From Enterobacteria phage vB_EcoM_IME338: a DNA stretch of 64,000 bases. Both the position numbers and the translations under genes were made by a program. The notes under the pieces were generated by a model. The model did no database searches. It worked only from the letters and a program-made list of their open reading frames with translations, and was not told the origin of the DNA. This document shows positions 54,000 through 64,000 of this stretch, piece after piece. The DNA is taken from sequence record MH051914; one strand, given 5' to 3'. Within the stretch, counting starts at the first letter, position 1; each line of letters starts with the position of its first letter.

Positions 54000-54078
54000 T
54001 CCCTTGTTGACTGATTGTTAAGATGGTGTTAATATTCTTTATGGGTATTCTCACCATCTTGGCTGATGAGGTGATTAA

Positions 54079-54276
54079 ATGCCTACAATCCTAGCAATTC
54101 TTCTAAAAAATCTAGGTAGTTTCTTCTGGAAACTCATTTTATCCCTTCTAAGTGAATACATGATTGAGAAAGTGTTCTTTAGGCTTGCAAGATACCTTGC
54201 GAGTAAAACAGACACACCTATTGATGATGAGTTCGTAGATAACTTAGAAAAAGCTTTTAAGGGGGAGAATAAATGA
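54079..54276 (+). CDS. small membrane protein (holin-like candidate)
   Basis: 65 aa, hydrophobic N-terminal helix, charged C-terminus. Confidence 0.35.
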   Translation: MPTILAILLKNLGSFFWKLILSLLSEYMIEKVFFRLARYLASKTDTPIDDEFVDNLEKAFKGENK

Positions 54277-54644
54277 AGTGGCTGGAGGAAGCTTTTAAAA
54301 ATAATATTGGTGCAATTGTAGTTGGTATTTTTAGTGTTATTGGGATGTATACCACCATGCAAGTTTCAAGTGGTAAACAAGAAGTGTCTGTCTCAACAAA
54401 GTTACAACAGCTAGATAATTATTCAAAAAGTAATTATTCAGCTATTCGTGATTTACAGTCTGATATGAGGCTGCTTCAGCTAGGGATGGAGAACCAGAAA
54501 GTCCAGTTAGAGAATGTTAAGGGTGAGAACGCAAAACTTACTAAGACTCTTGATAAATTCTCTGATAGTGTGAACAATCTGGCTCAATCAGTATCAGCCC
54601 TCCAAGCTATTACTGAAAAGAACACAAAGAATACTGAAAAGTAA
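54273..54644 (+). CDS. membrane-anchored coiled-coil protein
   Basis: N-terminal TM helix then Q/L-rich coiled-coil region. Confidence 0.4.
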   Translation: MKWLEEAFKNNIGAIVVGIFSVIGMYTTMQVSSGKQEVSVSTKLQQLDNYSKSNYSAIRDLQSDMRLLQLGMENQKVQLENVKGENAKLTKTLDKFSDSVNNLAQSVSALQAITEKNTKNTEK

Positions 54645-54650
54645 AGTTTA

Positions 54651-54678
54651 AGGCTCCTTTTTTACGGGAGCCTTTTTT
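54651..54678. terminator. bidirectional terminator between convergent gene blocks
   Basis: GGCTCC-TTTTTTAC-GGGAGCC flanked by T-runs. Confidence 0.6.
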
Positions 54679-54681
54679 GTT

Positions 54682-55581
54682 TTATTTACCTACTGACAAA
54701 GGTGCTTCAATCTTTCCTGCATGTTGATAGTTGCTAATACCACCAATAAAGTCACTTGCAGTGAGATGTTTTAAGTCACTTAAAGTGTTAAGTGGGACAC
54801 CAATCTCAAAAGTTGGTGCATGGAACTCTTCATTGTTCATCAGTTCATAAACCTGCTTCATATGGTTCTGATAAATCTGAGTATCTCCAAAGACACCTAT
54901 CAAATATCGTGGAGTGTATCCAGTCATCTTGCAAAGAACTTCCAGAATAAAGCCATAAGACGCAATATTAAACGGAAGTCCTAAAAAGGTGTCTACAGAA
55001 CGCTGATACCATTGCAAATCAACTTCACCCTCGTTAGTGATATAAATCTGAAACAGAACATGACAAGGTGCTAAAGCCATTGAGTTTGCTGCAATATCTG
55101 CTGCATTCCAAGCATTAACAAGCATGTAACGGTCTGTGATATCACCCTTCATCTTCGCTACTAAGGTCTCTAACTGGTCTACAACACAACCATTATGACC
55201 TTCAAAGTTTCTCCACTGAACCCCGTAGATTCTTCCACCTGCATCTTCTAACCAATCTTGTTCAGAAGAGTAATTAGAGCTTAACCAGCGTTTAAAATCA
55301 TCTGACCAGATAGTCCAACGTTCTCCGTCATTTTCACCCCAAGTACGATAACGGAGTTCACCAAGCTTATTCTCGCCATTCAGGAACCATAAAGCTTCCC
55401 CAATAACTTGCCGTGTAAACACCTGTTTAGATGTTAAGAGTGGGAAACCAGTTCGCATATCAAAACGAAACTGAGGTGGAGCAAATGCAGAGATAACATC
55501 TCCAGTTCGTGTAGTACGCAGTTCACCAACGGATAAAACATGGTTCAGGATATTTTTGTAACTTGAATCTGCTTGTGACAT
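54682..55581 (-). CDS. thyA: thymidylate synthase
   Basis: ThyA blocks RTGDVISAF, active-site LAPCH, QRSVDTFLGLPFNIASY. Confidence 0.85.
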   Translation of the reverse strand: MSQADSSYKNILNHVLSVGELRTTRTGDVISAFAPPQFRFDMRTGFPLLTSKQVFTRQVIGEALWFLNGENKLGELRYRTWGENDGERWTIWSDDFKRWLSSNYSSEQDWLEDAGGRIYGVQWRNFEGHNGCVVDQLETLVAKMKGDITDRYMLVNAWNAADIAANSMALAPCHVLFQIYITNEGEVDLQWYQRSVDTFLGLPFNIASYGFILEVLCKMTGYTPRYLIGVFGDTQIYQNHMKQVYELMNNEEFHAPTFEIGVPLNTLSDLKHLTASDFIGGISNYQHAGKIEAPLSVGK

Positions 55582-55582
55582 A

Positions 55583-56128
55583 TCAAAAGTGTCCTTTTAC
55601 TTGTGGAACATAAATTTCAAAAGTTGCTTTACCATCCTCTGATGGTTTTGACTGTACCTTTGTAAATACACGGTTATCATACAGCTTCTCAAAGAAGTTT
55701 TCAAAAGGTAAATGCACAGTGGCCTCTTCAGTAACTTTATGGAAAACTGTATGGAAAACTACACCAGCATACGGTAAAGCATTGACAAGGACACCTGCAC
55801 CACCAATTACAAAGACATCTTCATCAATAGAGCTATCAAGATAGTTCAAAAATGCTCCAAAGGATTCTTTGCTGGCCTTAGCATACATTACATCATCTTT
55901 GCCAAAATCTATGCCTAAATATGGTACAGAGTTTGTTAAGATGAGGTTTGCACGTTCTGGTAAAGGTTTACTACCCAGAGTCTTAAAAGTCTCATTACCC
56001 ATTACTACTAAGTTGTTTTTAGTGAGTCTCTTAAACTCTTGCATATCCTGTTTATGTCGAGGCCACGGCATACCAGTTGGAGTACCAAACTCACCATTTT
56101 CACCACTTGCAAAGATTAATTTAATCAT
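55583..56128 (-). CDS. folA: dihydrofolate reductase
   Basis: N-terminal MIKLIFA...GMPWP...FKRLT...VVMGNETFKTLG DHFR pattern. Confidence 0.8.
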   Translation of the reverse strand: MIKLIFASGENGEFGTPTGMPWPRHKQDMQEFKRLTKNNLVVMGNETFKTLGSKPLPERANLILTNSVPYLGIDFGKDDVMYAKASKESFGAFLNYLDSSIDEDVFVIGGAGVLVNALPYAGVVFHTVFHKVTEEATVHLPFENFFEKLYDNRVFTKVQSKPSEDGKATFEIYVPQVKGHF

Positions 56129-56397
56129 TTTGTAAATCCTTTCTTAATGAACCAGTTGATAACATTCTTCACAGCTTTATTGCTATGGTAGATTAAGTGT
56201 GGTGTAGGTTGGTATGAACCGTAAGCCCAGAAAGCAATGATTTCACTACACCCTGTACACCTTGTACTCTCTTCAGCAATATGACCGTTGACTATTTCAC
56301 TTACCTCACCTTGTAAGTCTGTACATCCACAATGTGGGCATTTTAAAGGTTCTCCGTCTTGACTGTAACAGTGTTCAAACTTCTCAAACAGTTTCAT
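56125..56397 (-). CDS. hypothetical zinc-ribbon protein
   Basis: CPHCGC...CTGC. Confidence 0.45.
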   Translation of the reverse strand: MKLFEKFEHCYSQDGEPLKCPHCGCTDLQGEVSEIVNGHIAEESTRCTGCSEIIAFWAYGSYQPTPHLIYHSNKAVKNVINWFIKKGFTK

Positions 56398-56915
56398 TTT
56401 TTGTTTACCTTAAAAGTTTGCTGGATATCAACTACGAAGTCTAAATCATCACACTCACTTGATAGGAAATCTTCAAAGTGTTTTGGTATAAAACTTAGGA
56501 AATCCATAGAACCTAAATCACCTACTAAGCGAATGTAATAATTGTTCTCACAAGTTGCATTAACTACATGTCGGCCTATGTATGGCTTCACAACCTCTCT
56601 GATATCATCTATGAAGATGTTCAGAAGAGTTTTGAAGGATTTAGGGTACTGAGTTCCTCCATACAAGTCAATGCTTGCTTCAGTCTTTACAGAGATTGAT
56701 TTAGCATCTCTGAACTCAGTTGCGAACAGATGAGCAGGAAGAATACAAAGTGAGTCCCCAGTATCTTCATCAACCAACTCAATAGTTCCTGCATCATAGT
56801 TTGTTTTAATCAGTATTTCACCTTCTTGTGACTTTTTGGTTTCAAGGTGAGTGGTGATAATACCTCTCAACATTGATGCTTCTGGGAGCAGTAAGTTAAT
56901 TCCAATCTTTTGCAT
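56394..56915 (-). CDS. hypothetical protein
   Basis: 173-aa ORF. Confidence 0.5.
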   Translation of the reverse strand: MQKIGINLLLPEASMLRGIITTHLETKKSQEGEILIKTNYDAGTIELVDEDTGDSLCILPAHLFATEFRDAKSISVKTEASIDLYGGTQYPKSFKTLLNIFIDDIREVVKPYIGRHVVNATCENNYYIRLVGDLGSMDFLSFIPKHFEDFLSSECDDLDFVVDIQQTFKVNKK

Positions 56916-56916
56916 G

Positions 56917-57420
56917 TCATACCTCTACAAAGGTGTTTTTGTCATTATCAAACTCGAAGAGTTTTATACACTTCTGAGTCTTCCAGTCAATCTTTTGGTC
57001 ATAAGAAAGACCTTGAGAGACTCTCTTACCAACTGTTTGATAGATAATTTCACGCAGAGCATCATATTCCTTCCAAGCTCTTGTACCAATAGTTATATTG
57101 GCTCTCTTATAGCTCTCAACAGCTTGCTCATTCCAACGTTGCTCACTAACACTACCAACTTTGTAGAGTCTTGGAAGAAGCTCATAAACCATTTGACCTT
57201 TCTCTCTGGCAATCTTTAGGTTATGAAGGTACTCGTTAAGGCGACCGTCTTCTTCAAGCCAACGATAAAGACTCTGGAGACCAAAAATCTCGTTGTTGAA
57301 GTGAGCAGCACGTTTCACAGAACCTAAGTCAGCACGATAATCTGATTTAGGGAGGCTTAGAATACAATCTTGTAATACATTGTATCCAAAGTACAAGTTC
57401 AGTTTTATGGGAAGAGACAT
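56917..57420 (-). CDS. hypothetical protein
   Basis: 167-aa ORF. Confidence 0.5.
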   Translation of the reverse strand: MSLPIKLNLYFGYNVLQDCILSLPKSDYRADLGSVKRAAHFNNEIFGLQSLYRWLEEDGRLNEYLHNLKIAREKGQMVYELLPRLYKVGSVSEQRWNEQAVESYKRANITIGTRAWKEYDALREIIYQTVGKRVSQGLSYDQKIDWKTQKCIKLFEFDNDKNTFVEV

Positions 57421-57764
57421 TTAATATCCTCATTTTTAAAGGTGAACGTGGTGTAGTTGTGACCATCAACATCCAGCCAAACAGCCTGAACATCTACACC
57501 ATCGAGATTCTGGTAAAGCTCTTTGATGAAGTGGTCTTTTACAATCTGACTGCTAGTGGTTTCCAGCTTAATGTTTGAGATTGCTGAACCTACAGCCATA
57601 TAACCCATGACACGTTTCTTCTCAGTATGCTTAATCTTACCATCTTTGTAAGCCATAATGAGATTGGAAAGAATCTTTACACCATAATACTTTTCAAGGT
57701 GAGTAGGTACACCATAAAAGCCTAATGCGAAGTTTTCAGAGTGGATAATGTTTTCACGTTTCAT
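57405..57764 (-). CDS. hypothetical protein
   Basis: 119-aa ORF. Confidence 0.5.
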   Translation of the reverse strand: MKRENIIHSENFALGFYGVPTHLEKYYGVKILSNLIMAYKDGKIKHTEKKRVMGYMAVGSAISNIKLETTSSQIVKDHFIKELYQNLDGVDVQAVWLDVDGHNYTTFTFKNEDIKCLFP

Positions 57765-57765
57765 A

Positions 57766-58095
57766 TTAATCTGCCAGCCTTAAATTAAAATTAACACCAA
57801 ATTTTTCACATACTTCCAACATAAACTCCAGAGAGACATTACCAGTGAGGTTGATTATGTTGGATACGCGAGCCTGAGATATACCACAAATTTTAGCAAC
57901 TTGCTCTTGAGAAAGACCTCTGGATTTAATCTCTCTCTTAAAACGATGTGCAACGAAGTCTCTCATTTCGTCTACATCCATCGGACAAATATAACTCTCC
58001 ATTTCAGCTTCTCTGTCAGCCTCCCAATCATCTTGTGGAGCATAAGGGTCAAAAACCTCATTCATCTTTCTTCTTCCGTTTACGTGAAGTGTCAA
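57766..58095 (-). CDS. HTH (XRE-like) DNA-binding protein
   Basis: helix-turn-helix LSQEQVAKICGISQARVSNI. Confidence 0.55.
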   Translation of the reverse strand: MTLHVNGRRKMNEVFDPYAPQDDWEADREAEMESYICPMDVDEMRDFVAHRFKREIKSRGLSQEQVAKICGISQARVSNIINLTGNVSLEFMLEVCEKFGVNFNLRLAD

Positions 58096-58270
58096 TCAAT
58101 GAATCTATGTTTGTAGCCCTAACCTTTTCACGTTCATCGTTAAGATAATCGTCAAGAGCCTTTTCAATCTGTGAATCATCTTGACAGATGACTGTAAAGA
58201 CTGTAAAGCCGTCTGTATCGTCAATTATCTTACCATAACCGCTTCTGGGATGTAACTTTTTAAGAGCCAT
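58058..58270 (-). CDS. hypothetical protein
   Basis: 70-aa ORF. Confidence 0.4.
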   Translation of the reverse strand: MALKKLHPRSGYGKIIDDTDGFTVFTVICQDDSQIEKALDDYLNDEREKVRATNIDSLIDTSRKRKKKDE

Positions 58271-58271
58271 A

Positions 58272-58655
58272 TCAAATACCTGTGCAGCTTCTGTTTTCTA
58301 AGAAATACTCAACACCATACATAGCTTTTTGCATCAAGTCTTCTTTAAACTGGATACGGTGGTTGAGCATAGCCTGTACATCAATATCATCACGGTGTTT
58401 CTCTTTAATATTTGCAGATTGCAGGAAATACTCTGCAAGAACACGATACTGGTAGTCAGTTACCTTATCAGTCATCTCTGTTAAAGACTCTTCAGAGATT
58501 GGTTTAAGTAACTCACCATTAGCCAGAGCAACACCTTTAACAATCTGACAAGTATCTTCTGGAACACCGGATAAGTCCACATTTGGGAGTTCTGTTGCAT
58601 TGACTGGTAAATTCATTGCCATGACCATTGCAGCAGCTAATAAAATCTTTTTCAT
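58272..58655 (-). CDS. secreted hypothetical protein
   Basis: signal peptide MKKILLAAAMVMAMNLPVNA. Confidence 0.5.
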   Translation of the reverse strand: MKKILLAAAMVMAMNLPVNATELPNVDLSGVPEDTCQIVKGVALANGELLKPISEESLTEMTDKVTDYQYRVLAEYFLQSANIKEKHRDDIDVQAMLNHRIQFKEDLMQKAMYGVEYFLENRSCTGI

Positions 58656-58938
58656 AATGACCTCAAAGTTATATTAAATTTTGTATTACGTTGAGTATAA
58701 AAATAAGCTATAACACCTGACTTGTCAACAGATTTTATAGCTTATTTGGCAGATTTTTTATAAGGCTACTGCCATCCTTCCATACCAGACCACACCATGC
58801 AAAACCAGACTTCACATCACCCTACCGTGCAATACATCACTTAAAAACCCTTTTAAAAGACTCTTAAGTGATGCTGGTGAGTACCCGTTGGTTTATGCTG
58901 CTCAGTATACTCACCAAATTCCCTATGTCAACAACTTT

Positions 58939-60039
58939 TTATTCGTAATCTCGTATAACTAACCCAACAGGGAACTGTAAAGAACCCTTACGAGTCATCT
59001 TCTGGAACTGAACCGTTAAAGGCTTCCCGATAAACTCTTCAGGATGCTCAGCAAGATACTGTTTCTTCTCATGAGTAGTCTTCCATGAGACATCTACAAA
59101 GACGTTAGGAAGAGTCTCTACAACGAACTTGCCATGACCACGCTTATCAGTCTTTACACCAGTCACTTTAAACTCTTCAGTGTGCATCTTCTTATGCTTA
59201 ATCAAGAAGTATGAACGGTGACAACACTCATAGAAGGAGTCTTCAGAGATTGAACGGTACATTGCACCTTCAAACTTAGCTTCAACCCACTTATCATGAG
59301 CTTCATCAAACTCTTCCCAAGAGTTAACACGGATAGTCTGTACAGGAACAACTCTACAGGTATCACCAAGCTCAATAATGGGTGAGTTATCAATAACTTC
59401 ACGACGCTCAGGCCAAGTTTTTGAATTGTCACAGATATCATACCAGTAGAATTTAAGAAGGTGACGTTCTGGGTTGTCAGCATTCTTAATCATAGACACA
59501 ATATCTTCTAAGTCCCAACCATGAGCATAAATCTCACCATCAAAGTCTTCGACTTGTGGATGTAATTTAAGCAACAAAAGCAAATCTGGGATTAGTTCTG
59601 CTGGGACGTTGTAAACAGTATTCTCACGAGAATAAGCCGTGAAGCTAACTGAATCAGCATCTCTTGAAATTCTACAACGTACACCGTCAAGTTTTGGTTG
59701 AGCATCAGCAGGGAACTTCAGATACTTTGCATGGCTAACCTTTGCAGCATCATGAGCAAGTTGTACACCAACCTTCTCAGTGTTCTGTGCAGACTCTTTT
59801 GTGTAAGCATAACCTTTGCGGTCAACTTGCTTTTTATACTTAGCAGCAACTTCAAAGAGAGCTTGCTGTTCAGCGTTACGCTCATTCTTTTTACCGATGT
59901 TTTTAGGTTCTGCTGTATACTCTTCAAACATCATCTTGCCATTTTCTTTACCATACGTGGTAACAACTTTGTCACCTACAGCAACACATGACCAGACGTT
60001 GAAAGAGCCGTCTTTATTTTGTTTGTACAGAATTGTCAT
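58939..60039 (-). CDS. ATP-dependent DNA ligase
   Basis: nucleotidyltransferase motif I PKLDGVRC, motif IV-like FDGEIY; 366 aa (too short for NAD-dependent LigA). Confidence 0.7.
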   Translation of the reverse strand: MTILYKQNKDGSFNVWSCVAVGDKVVTTYGKENGKMMFEEYTAEPKNIGKKNERNAEQQALFEVAAKYKKQVDRKGYAYTKESAQNTEKVGVQLAHDAAKVSHAKYLKFPADAQPKLDGVRCRISRDADSVSFTAYSRENTVYNVPAELIPDLLLLLKLHPQVEDFDGEIYAHGWDLEDIVSMIKNADNPERHLLKFYWYDICDNSKTWPERREVIDNSPIIELGDTCRVVPVQTIRVNSWEEFDEAHDKWVEAKFEGAMYRSISEDSFYECCHRSYFLIKHKKMHTEEFKVTGVKTDKRGHGKFVVETLPNVFVDVSWKTTHEKKQYLAEHPEEFIGKPLTVQFQKMTRKGSLQFPVGLVIRDYE

Positions 60040-60242
60040 TTTCTCTTACCACCAATTTCTACGTCAATAACTTGAACATCACCAGCAACATCAAACTTAT
60101 GAATGATACTTTCCACAGTGTAAGTCCAACCATCAATACGAACCAATTCACCTTCTCGTGGGACGATTGGGTTACGTTGAGCTACGGTTGTAGTGGAGTG
60201 AACAACATCATAACAGTAGATATAGTTTACTAGGACTTCCAT
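60036..60242 (-). CDS. hypothetical protein
   Basis: 68-aa ORF. Confidence 0.4.
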   Translation of the reverse strand: MEVLVNYIYCYDVVHSTTTVAQRNPIVPREGELVRIDGWTYTVESIIHKFDVAGDVQVIDVEIGGKRK

Positions 60243-60251
60243 ATCTTTTCC

Positions 60252-60470
60252 TTAAAATGATAAGTCAATATTAATACGTTCACCCTTAATGACTCCTGTA
60301 TGGTCTCTTGCAATCTTCCCTTCAACAATAAGAATGTGTGCAGACCTTAAAGTGTCACTGTTAAAGGCTTTTACGAACTTGCTAGGCATCACTACAATAA
60401 GCATCTCCTGAATCAACTCTGGAGTATAGCAATTGTCGTGAAGTTGTTGGATAACGTCTGCAAGTTTCAT
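60252..60470 (-). CDS. hypothetical protein
   Basis: 72-aa ORF. Confidence 0.4.
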   Translation of the reverse strand: MKLADVIQQLHDNCYTPELIQEMLIVVMPSKFVKAFNSDTLRSAHILIVEGKIARDHTGVIKGERINIDLSF

Positions 60471-60521
60471 ATAACCTCCTATATAAGATATTGTATAATA
60501 TACTCTTCCATGAGCACCTTG

Positions 60522-61054
60522 TCAAGATAGTTTTGCAAACTCTCCGTGGAGTTTTATAGTGGCTTCACAGTAAGCTTTATGGGCTTCTTCAGGTGTGTCA
60601 TGATAACCTAAAAACATCTTCTTACCTCTATAACTTATCTGTGCGACCCACCTACCAGACTTCTTCTTAAGACTTACACCCTTGTACCCAGATTTATTGG
60701 TGACTGGCTTACCTTTATTCCAAGCACTTTGAAAGTCATCTGCTTCCCTTAAGTTTACAATCCTGTTGTCAAGTGAGTCTCCGTTGATATGGTCAATGAT
60801 ACTTTTGGCATCTTGCCATACACGTAAAGCCATGCGAGTCTGTGTGCTTTATGTGCTTTCTTGTCAAAATAGATACTAATCTGTTTATGACCACTTGAAT
60901 CAGTCTGGATATTACCTGCCACCTTTCCTGCATAATTACTGTTAAAAACACTAACAGCTCTTGATTTACCTTCTCTACGAAGCCAAGTAAAGACCCCTGT
61001 TTCGGGGTCATAGCGTAGCAGCTCCTTTAAACGTTTTTGTAAAATAAAATCCAT
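60522..61054 (-). pseudogene. HNH homing endonuclease with AP2-like DNA-binding domain, split by a frameshift
   Basis: two overlapping ORFs in different frames: N-terminal part [10 protein letters not shown]...AHRLAW (60755-61054) and HNH motif [17 protein letters not shown] + AP2-like C-terminus (60522-60833). Confidence 0.55.
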
Positions 61055-61057
61055 TAA

Positions 61058-61615
61058 TCAATGTACCTCATACCAGCTCTTACCAACCTTTGCTGTACCA
61101 GTTACAAGTGTTTCTTTCCTCAAGCCTAAGTTTTTTGAAGCTTGCCCATACATCCAGTCAGCAATTGCTTTCATATCATGTGTCATACCCTCTGGGCATT
61201 CCCAACTATTTTCGTCGTGATATGCCAGAAGTAACCTTGCTCCGATAGCTGGTTTTCGAGCATTCAGTTTTGTCAGGCCATCTTCACAGGCTTTTCTTGC
61301 TGCTAGGTTGATGGCTTCATTCTGAATCTGTGCTTCCGAACTCATCAGGAGGTAGTTCAGTAGTTTATGTGGAGATTTGCACCATATCCATGCTCCAGCG
61401 ACCCTGATATAACCACCTTTAGCAATTGAAGAGTTCTTCCCAAAAACCTCTTCCAGAGCCTTTTTAGACGCCTTAAAATCAGCTTCTAAGCTATCAAGTA
61501 ACTTCTTAATCTTTGGTAAACGCATATAGTAAGTTTGTTTAGTCAATGCACCTTCTTCCGTAGATGATGCCTTGATAGTTTTTGCAAACTTCTCATCGCC
61601 AGCCCCGAACAATAC
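61058..61615 (-). CDS. DNA polymerase family A, exon 2 (C-terminal part)
   Basis: starts inside motif B (LFGAGDEK) and contains motif C LLLAYHDE; no ATG in frame (first track codon is TTG). Confidence 0.7.
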   Translation of the reverse strand, partial: VLFGAGDEKFAKTIKASSTEEGALTKQTYYMRLPKIKKLLDSLEADFKASKKALEEVFGKNSSIAKGGYIRVAGAWIWCKSPHKLLNYLLMSSEAQIQNEAINLAARKACEDGLTKLNARKPAIGARLLLAYHDENSWECPEGMTHDMKAIADWMYGQASKNLGLRKETLVTGTAKVGKSWYEVH

Positions 61616-61886
61616 ATCTGGTCAATACACTCGCAAGGTGTACCAGTTCTCTTATGAACTTCTCCGCATTTCTACGGAGTGTCGGACTATATCACGTAGC
61701 AGTGATGCTACCGTTGCACTTGGGGATGGTCATTAGCTTACCACCCTACTCTACTCAGTTCATACGTTAAGTATGCTTTTCGATAGTCTCTGAACGTTCC
61801 TCTTAAGAGGCTTCGCTGCTGATTACCATATCTTTCCAGACTTAGGCTTCCAGCAATTCACAACGTTTTACATGCGCCACTGACGC
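61616..61886 (-). other. group I intron interrupting the DNA polymerase gene (boundaries within a few nt)
   Basis: minus-strand RNA carries group I core: P4-like GAAUUGCUGGAAGCC, UAUGGUAAUCAGCAG, P7 strands GUUCAGAGACUA and GAUAUAGUCCGAC; exon 1 frame hits a stop inside. Confidence 0.75.
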
Positions 61887-64000
61887 ATAAATGCCATTTT
61901 TGGCTTTCTTACGACCTTTTGTAATCTCGTGAAGAAGCTCCTCATCCTGCGTCTCCCTACAACGAACAATATCATCTTCCTTGTTTAGACCGAAGTAAAT
62001 ACTATTCAGTGTATGTGCATCAGTACCTGTGTAGACTTCGTAGAGGTCATTCTCAGCATCATAACGAAGATACTTATCAGTTTCTGGATTGAGGTACTTA
62101 TCGAGATGCTTGCAATAGTATCTTCCATCCTCTTGCTTGGTAAATTCTACTGACTCTTTACCTTCAGTTACCGCTTTGGTGAAGTCTTTATCACCCATAA
62201 AGTTACACAGTAAAACAAGCTGTGCAGAGTTCTGGTCAACTGAAACGATATTAGTCCCTTCCTCGCAAATCCACACCTCCCTCATAGGTGCTCCATAGAC
62301 AGCAGCACCAGACGGTACGTTTACAATACCATATTGTGTCATACGTCCAGTTGAAGTACCAAACACCATTGCACCAGCACTAAGGCGACCATCAGGACGA
62401 ATCTGGTTCAACCAACCTTTTTCATCATCCTTTGAGTTCTCAATAGTTCTGCGTCGGTGCATCAAGGTATAGTATTTCGCAATCTTCTGTCCAAGCTCAC
62501 CTTCAATCGTATCATAAGATGATTCAGTAAGTTTTGGTGAAGTACGGATTAAGCAAGGCTCAAGCAAATCTGTGTACTTCTTCACAGACCAGTTATGCTC
62601 AATGTACTGGACACCTTCGTGTTCAACATAACTCAAACCACACCGTTCCACCATCTCATCCCATTTAGGATGCTTTGTAATCATCTTTTTGTTGTCTTTG
62701 AAGCGACAAACCTTAACAGGACGACCATCAGAGTCTTTCTTATAGTTCCAGTCATCTGGAATCCAACCAACTGATTTCAAGTAGTCTTTAACAACTGCTA
62801 CCTGAGTCATACGAGAAACTTCGAACTCAATTGGTGTATATGGTGCATCAATCAAACCTGTGTAGCGACTTGACTCAAGTTCAAAGTGGTTAACAACATG
62901 ACTGTTATAGTACTTCACAGTCTTAACTGTTTTTACTGGCTTCCAGTCTTTGCATTTCTTACCAATCTTTGCATTCAACTCATTGCAAATTGCACGAGCA
63001 TCCTTCATTGCTACAAAGCCTTCCTTGTACTCTTCACCAGTTACCGAGTTGGTTGGTGTATAGCAATTCCGCTTTTCAATGTTAAAAATCTTTGTAGTTG
63101 GCTTACCAAATGGCTTGATTTCATATGTCTGCATCTCACCGTTACGTACCTGTTGACGATACTTTGTCTTAGGGTACTTGGTAATTCTCTTCAGTCCATC
63201 TGCATGACCAAATGCTTCAACATACTCATTCCAAGCTTTTGCAAATTCTTCTCCAGTGACTTTACCTTTGGTCTTAATAGTTGGAGGAAGATGTGGTTCA
63301 ACTTCTGAAGCAAGCTCGTTAGTCAACTTGTCAAGTTCCTTTACATGGAACTCCATAAGCTCTTTATCAGCTTTCCAACCATTGATAGCCTGTTGACTCA
63401 TCCAGAAAGATGTTTCTTTAGCTCGCATGTAGGTTTCATAGGTGTCTACGCCACACTTCTTTAGCTTCAGATATTCATTATCCAATGCACGTTTAGTTTT
63501 GGCGTTAATACGGATATCTTCCACAACACGAGTGAAGATTTCTGCATTCCACACACCCCAATGTTCAATCTCTGGTTTACGGACACCAACACGAGCACCC
63601 CATGCTGCCAAGCCATGAGCACCTTTATAGCCTTTTGGAGTTGGTCTATCCATCCACTGAACACGAGACTGGATAAGAGAATCCTGAAAGAAATTACTCC
63701 ACGGCTTACACTTTGGATTATCAAAGTTCCACAAATCGGGTGCAATGTGATTGAAAACCCACCAGTCATAACCGAGACCGTTATGGATGCAAAGACGTTT
63801 TGCCTTTAACGCAAATTCAACACCTTCACGTAAACCACCCTTAATGTACTTGGTATACTTGTGACCGAGGATAGGTTCATCTGTAAAGACCCATACAGGT
63901 GGCTCTTCATCGTCAGATTTATAGTCTGCGAAAGCCATTACGTGCACTTTAGTGAACTCAAGGAGTAAACCATCAGTTTCTGTATCACCAACTAAATGTA
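61887..64000 (-). CDS. DNA polymerase family A, exon 1 (N-terminal part, runs off window end)
   Basis: Exo I motif DTETDGL in the frame extending past 63947 to the window edge; motif A VSVDQNSAQL; ends inside motif B RKKAKNGIY. Confidence 0.75.

Noticed and set aside
62886-63769. ORFs 62886-63308 (+), 63467-63769 (-) and 63561-63809 (+)
   Set aside because: Fully within or antisense to DNA polymerase exon 1, which has Exo I and motif A; no independent support.

Overview
This window is a 64-kb segment of a virulent, tRNA-rich tailed phage genome with a contractile tail; no integrase or lysogeny genes are visible. The gene content (rIIA/rIIB-like pair, large tRNA array, ThyA/DHFR, intron-bearing family A polymerase) is consistent with a Felix O1-like myovirus, but that placement is inference only. 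Left to right: (1) rIIA/rIIB-like genes, an orphan gamma-class N6-adenine methyltransferase, a secreted lysozyme-like protein, an overlapping spanin pair and a macro-domain protein. (2) An accessory array of about 14 small genes (10.4-16.1 kb), each preceded by a near-identical promoter/stem-loop/RBS module. (3) A 1.7-kb ORF-free, repeat-rich region. (4) A minus-strand block including a T4-type GH24 endolysin and an Ig-like paralog pair. (5) A Ro60-like (vWA MIDAS, TROVE-like N-terminus) gene followed by two promoters, a family of Y-RNA-like structured elements (one carrying a permuted tRNA-like module) and about 23 tRNA genes; this is the candidate system I rate highest. (6) A lambda-like head module, contractile tail, Mu-like baseplate and HxH-repeat tail fibers. 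(7) A minus-strand replication/nucleotide block: ThyA, DHFR, ATP-dependent ligase, a frameshifted HNH homing endonuclease, and a family A DNA polymerase interrupted by a compact group I intron and running off the window end. All calls rest on manual reading of the sequence and the ORF track; no searches or structure predictions were run, and several tRNA-like genes have non-canonical geometry that needs tRNAscan-SE/Infernal confirmation.
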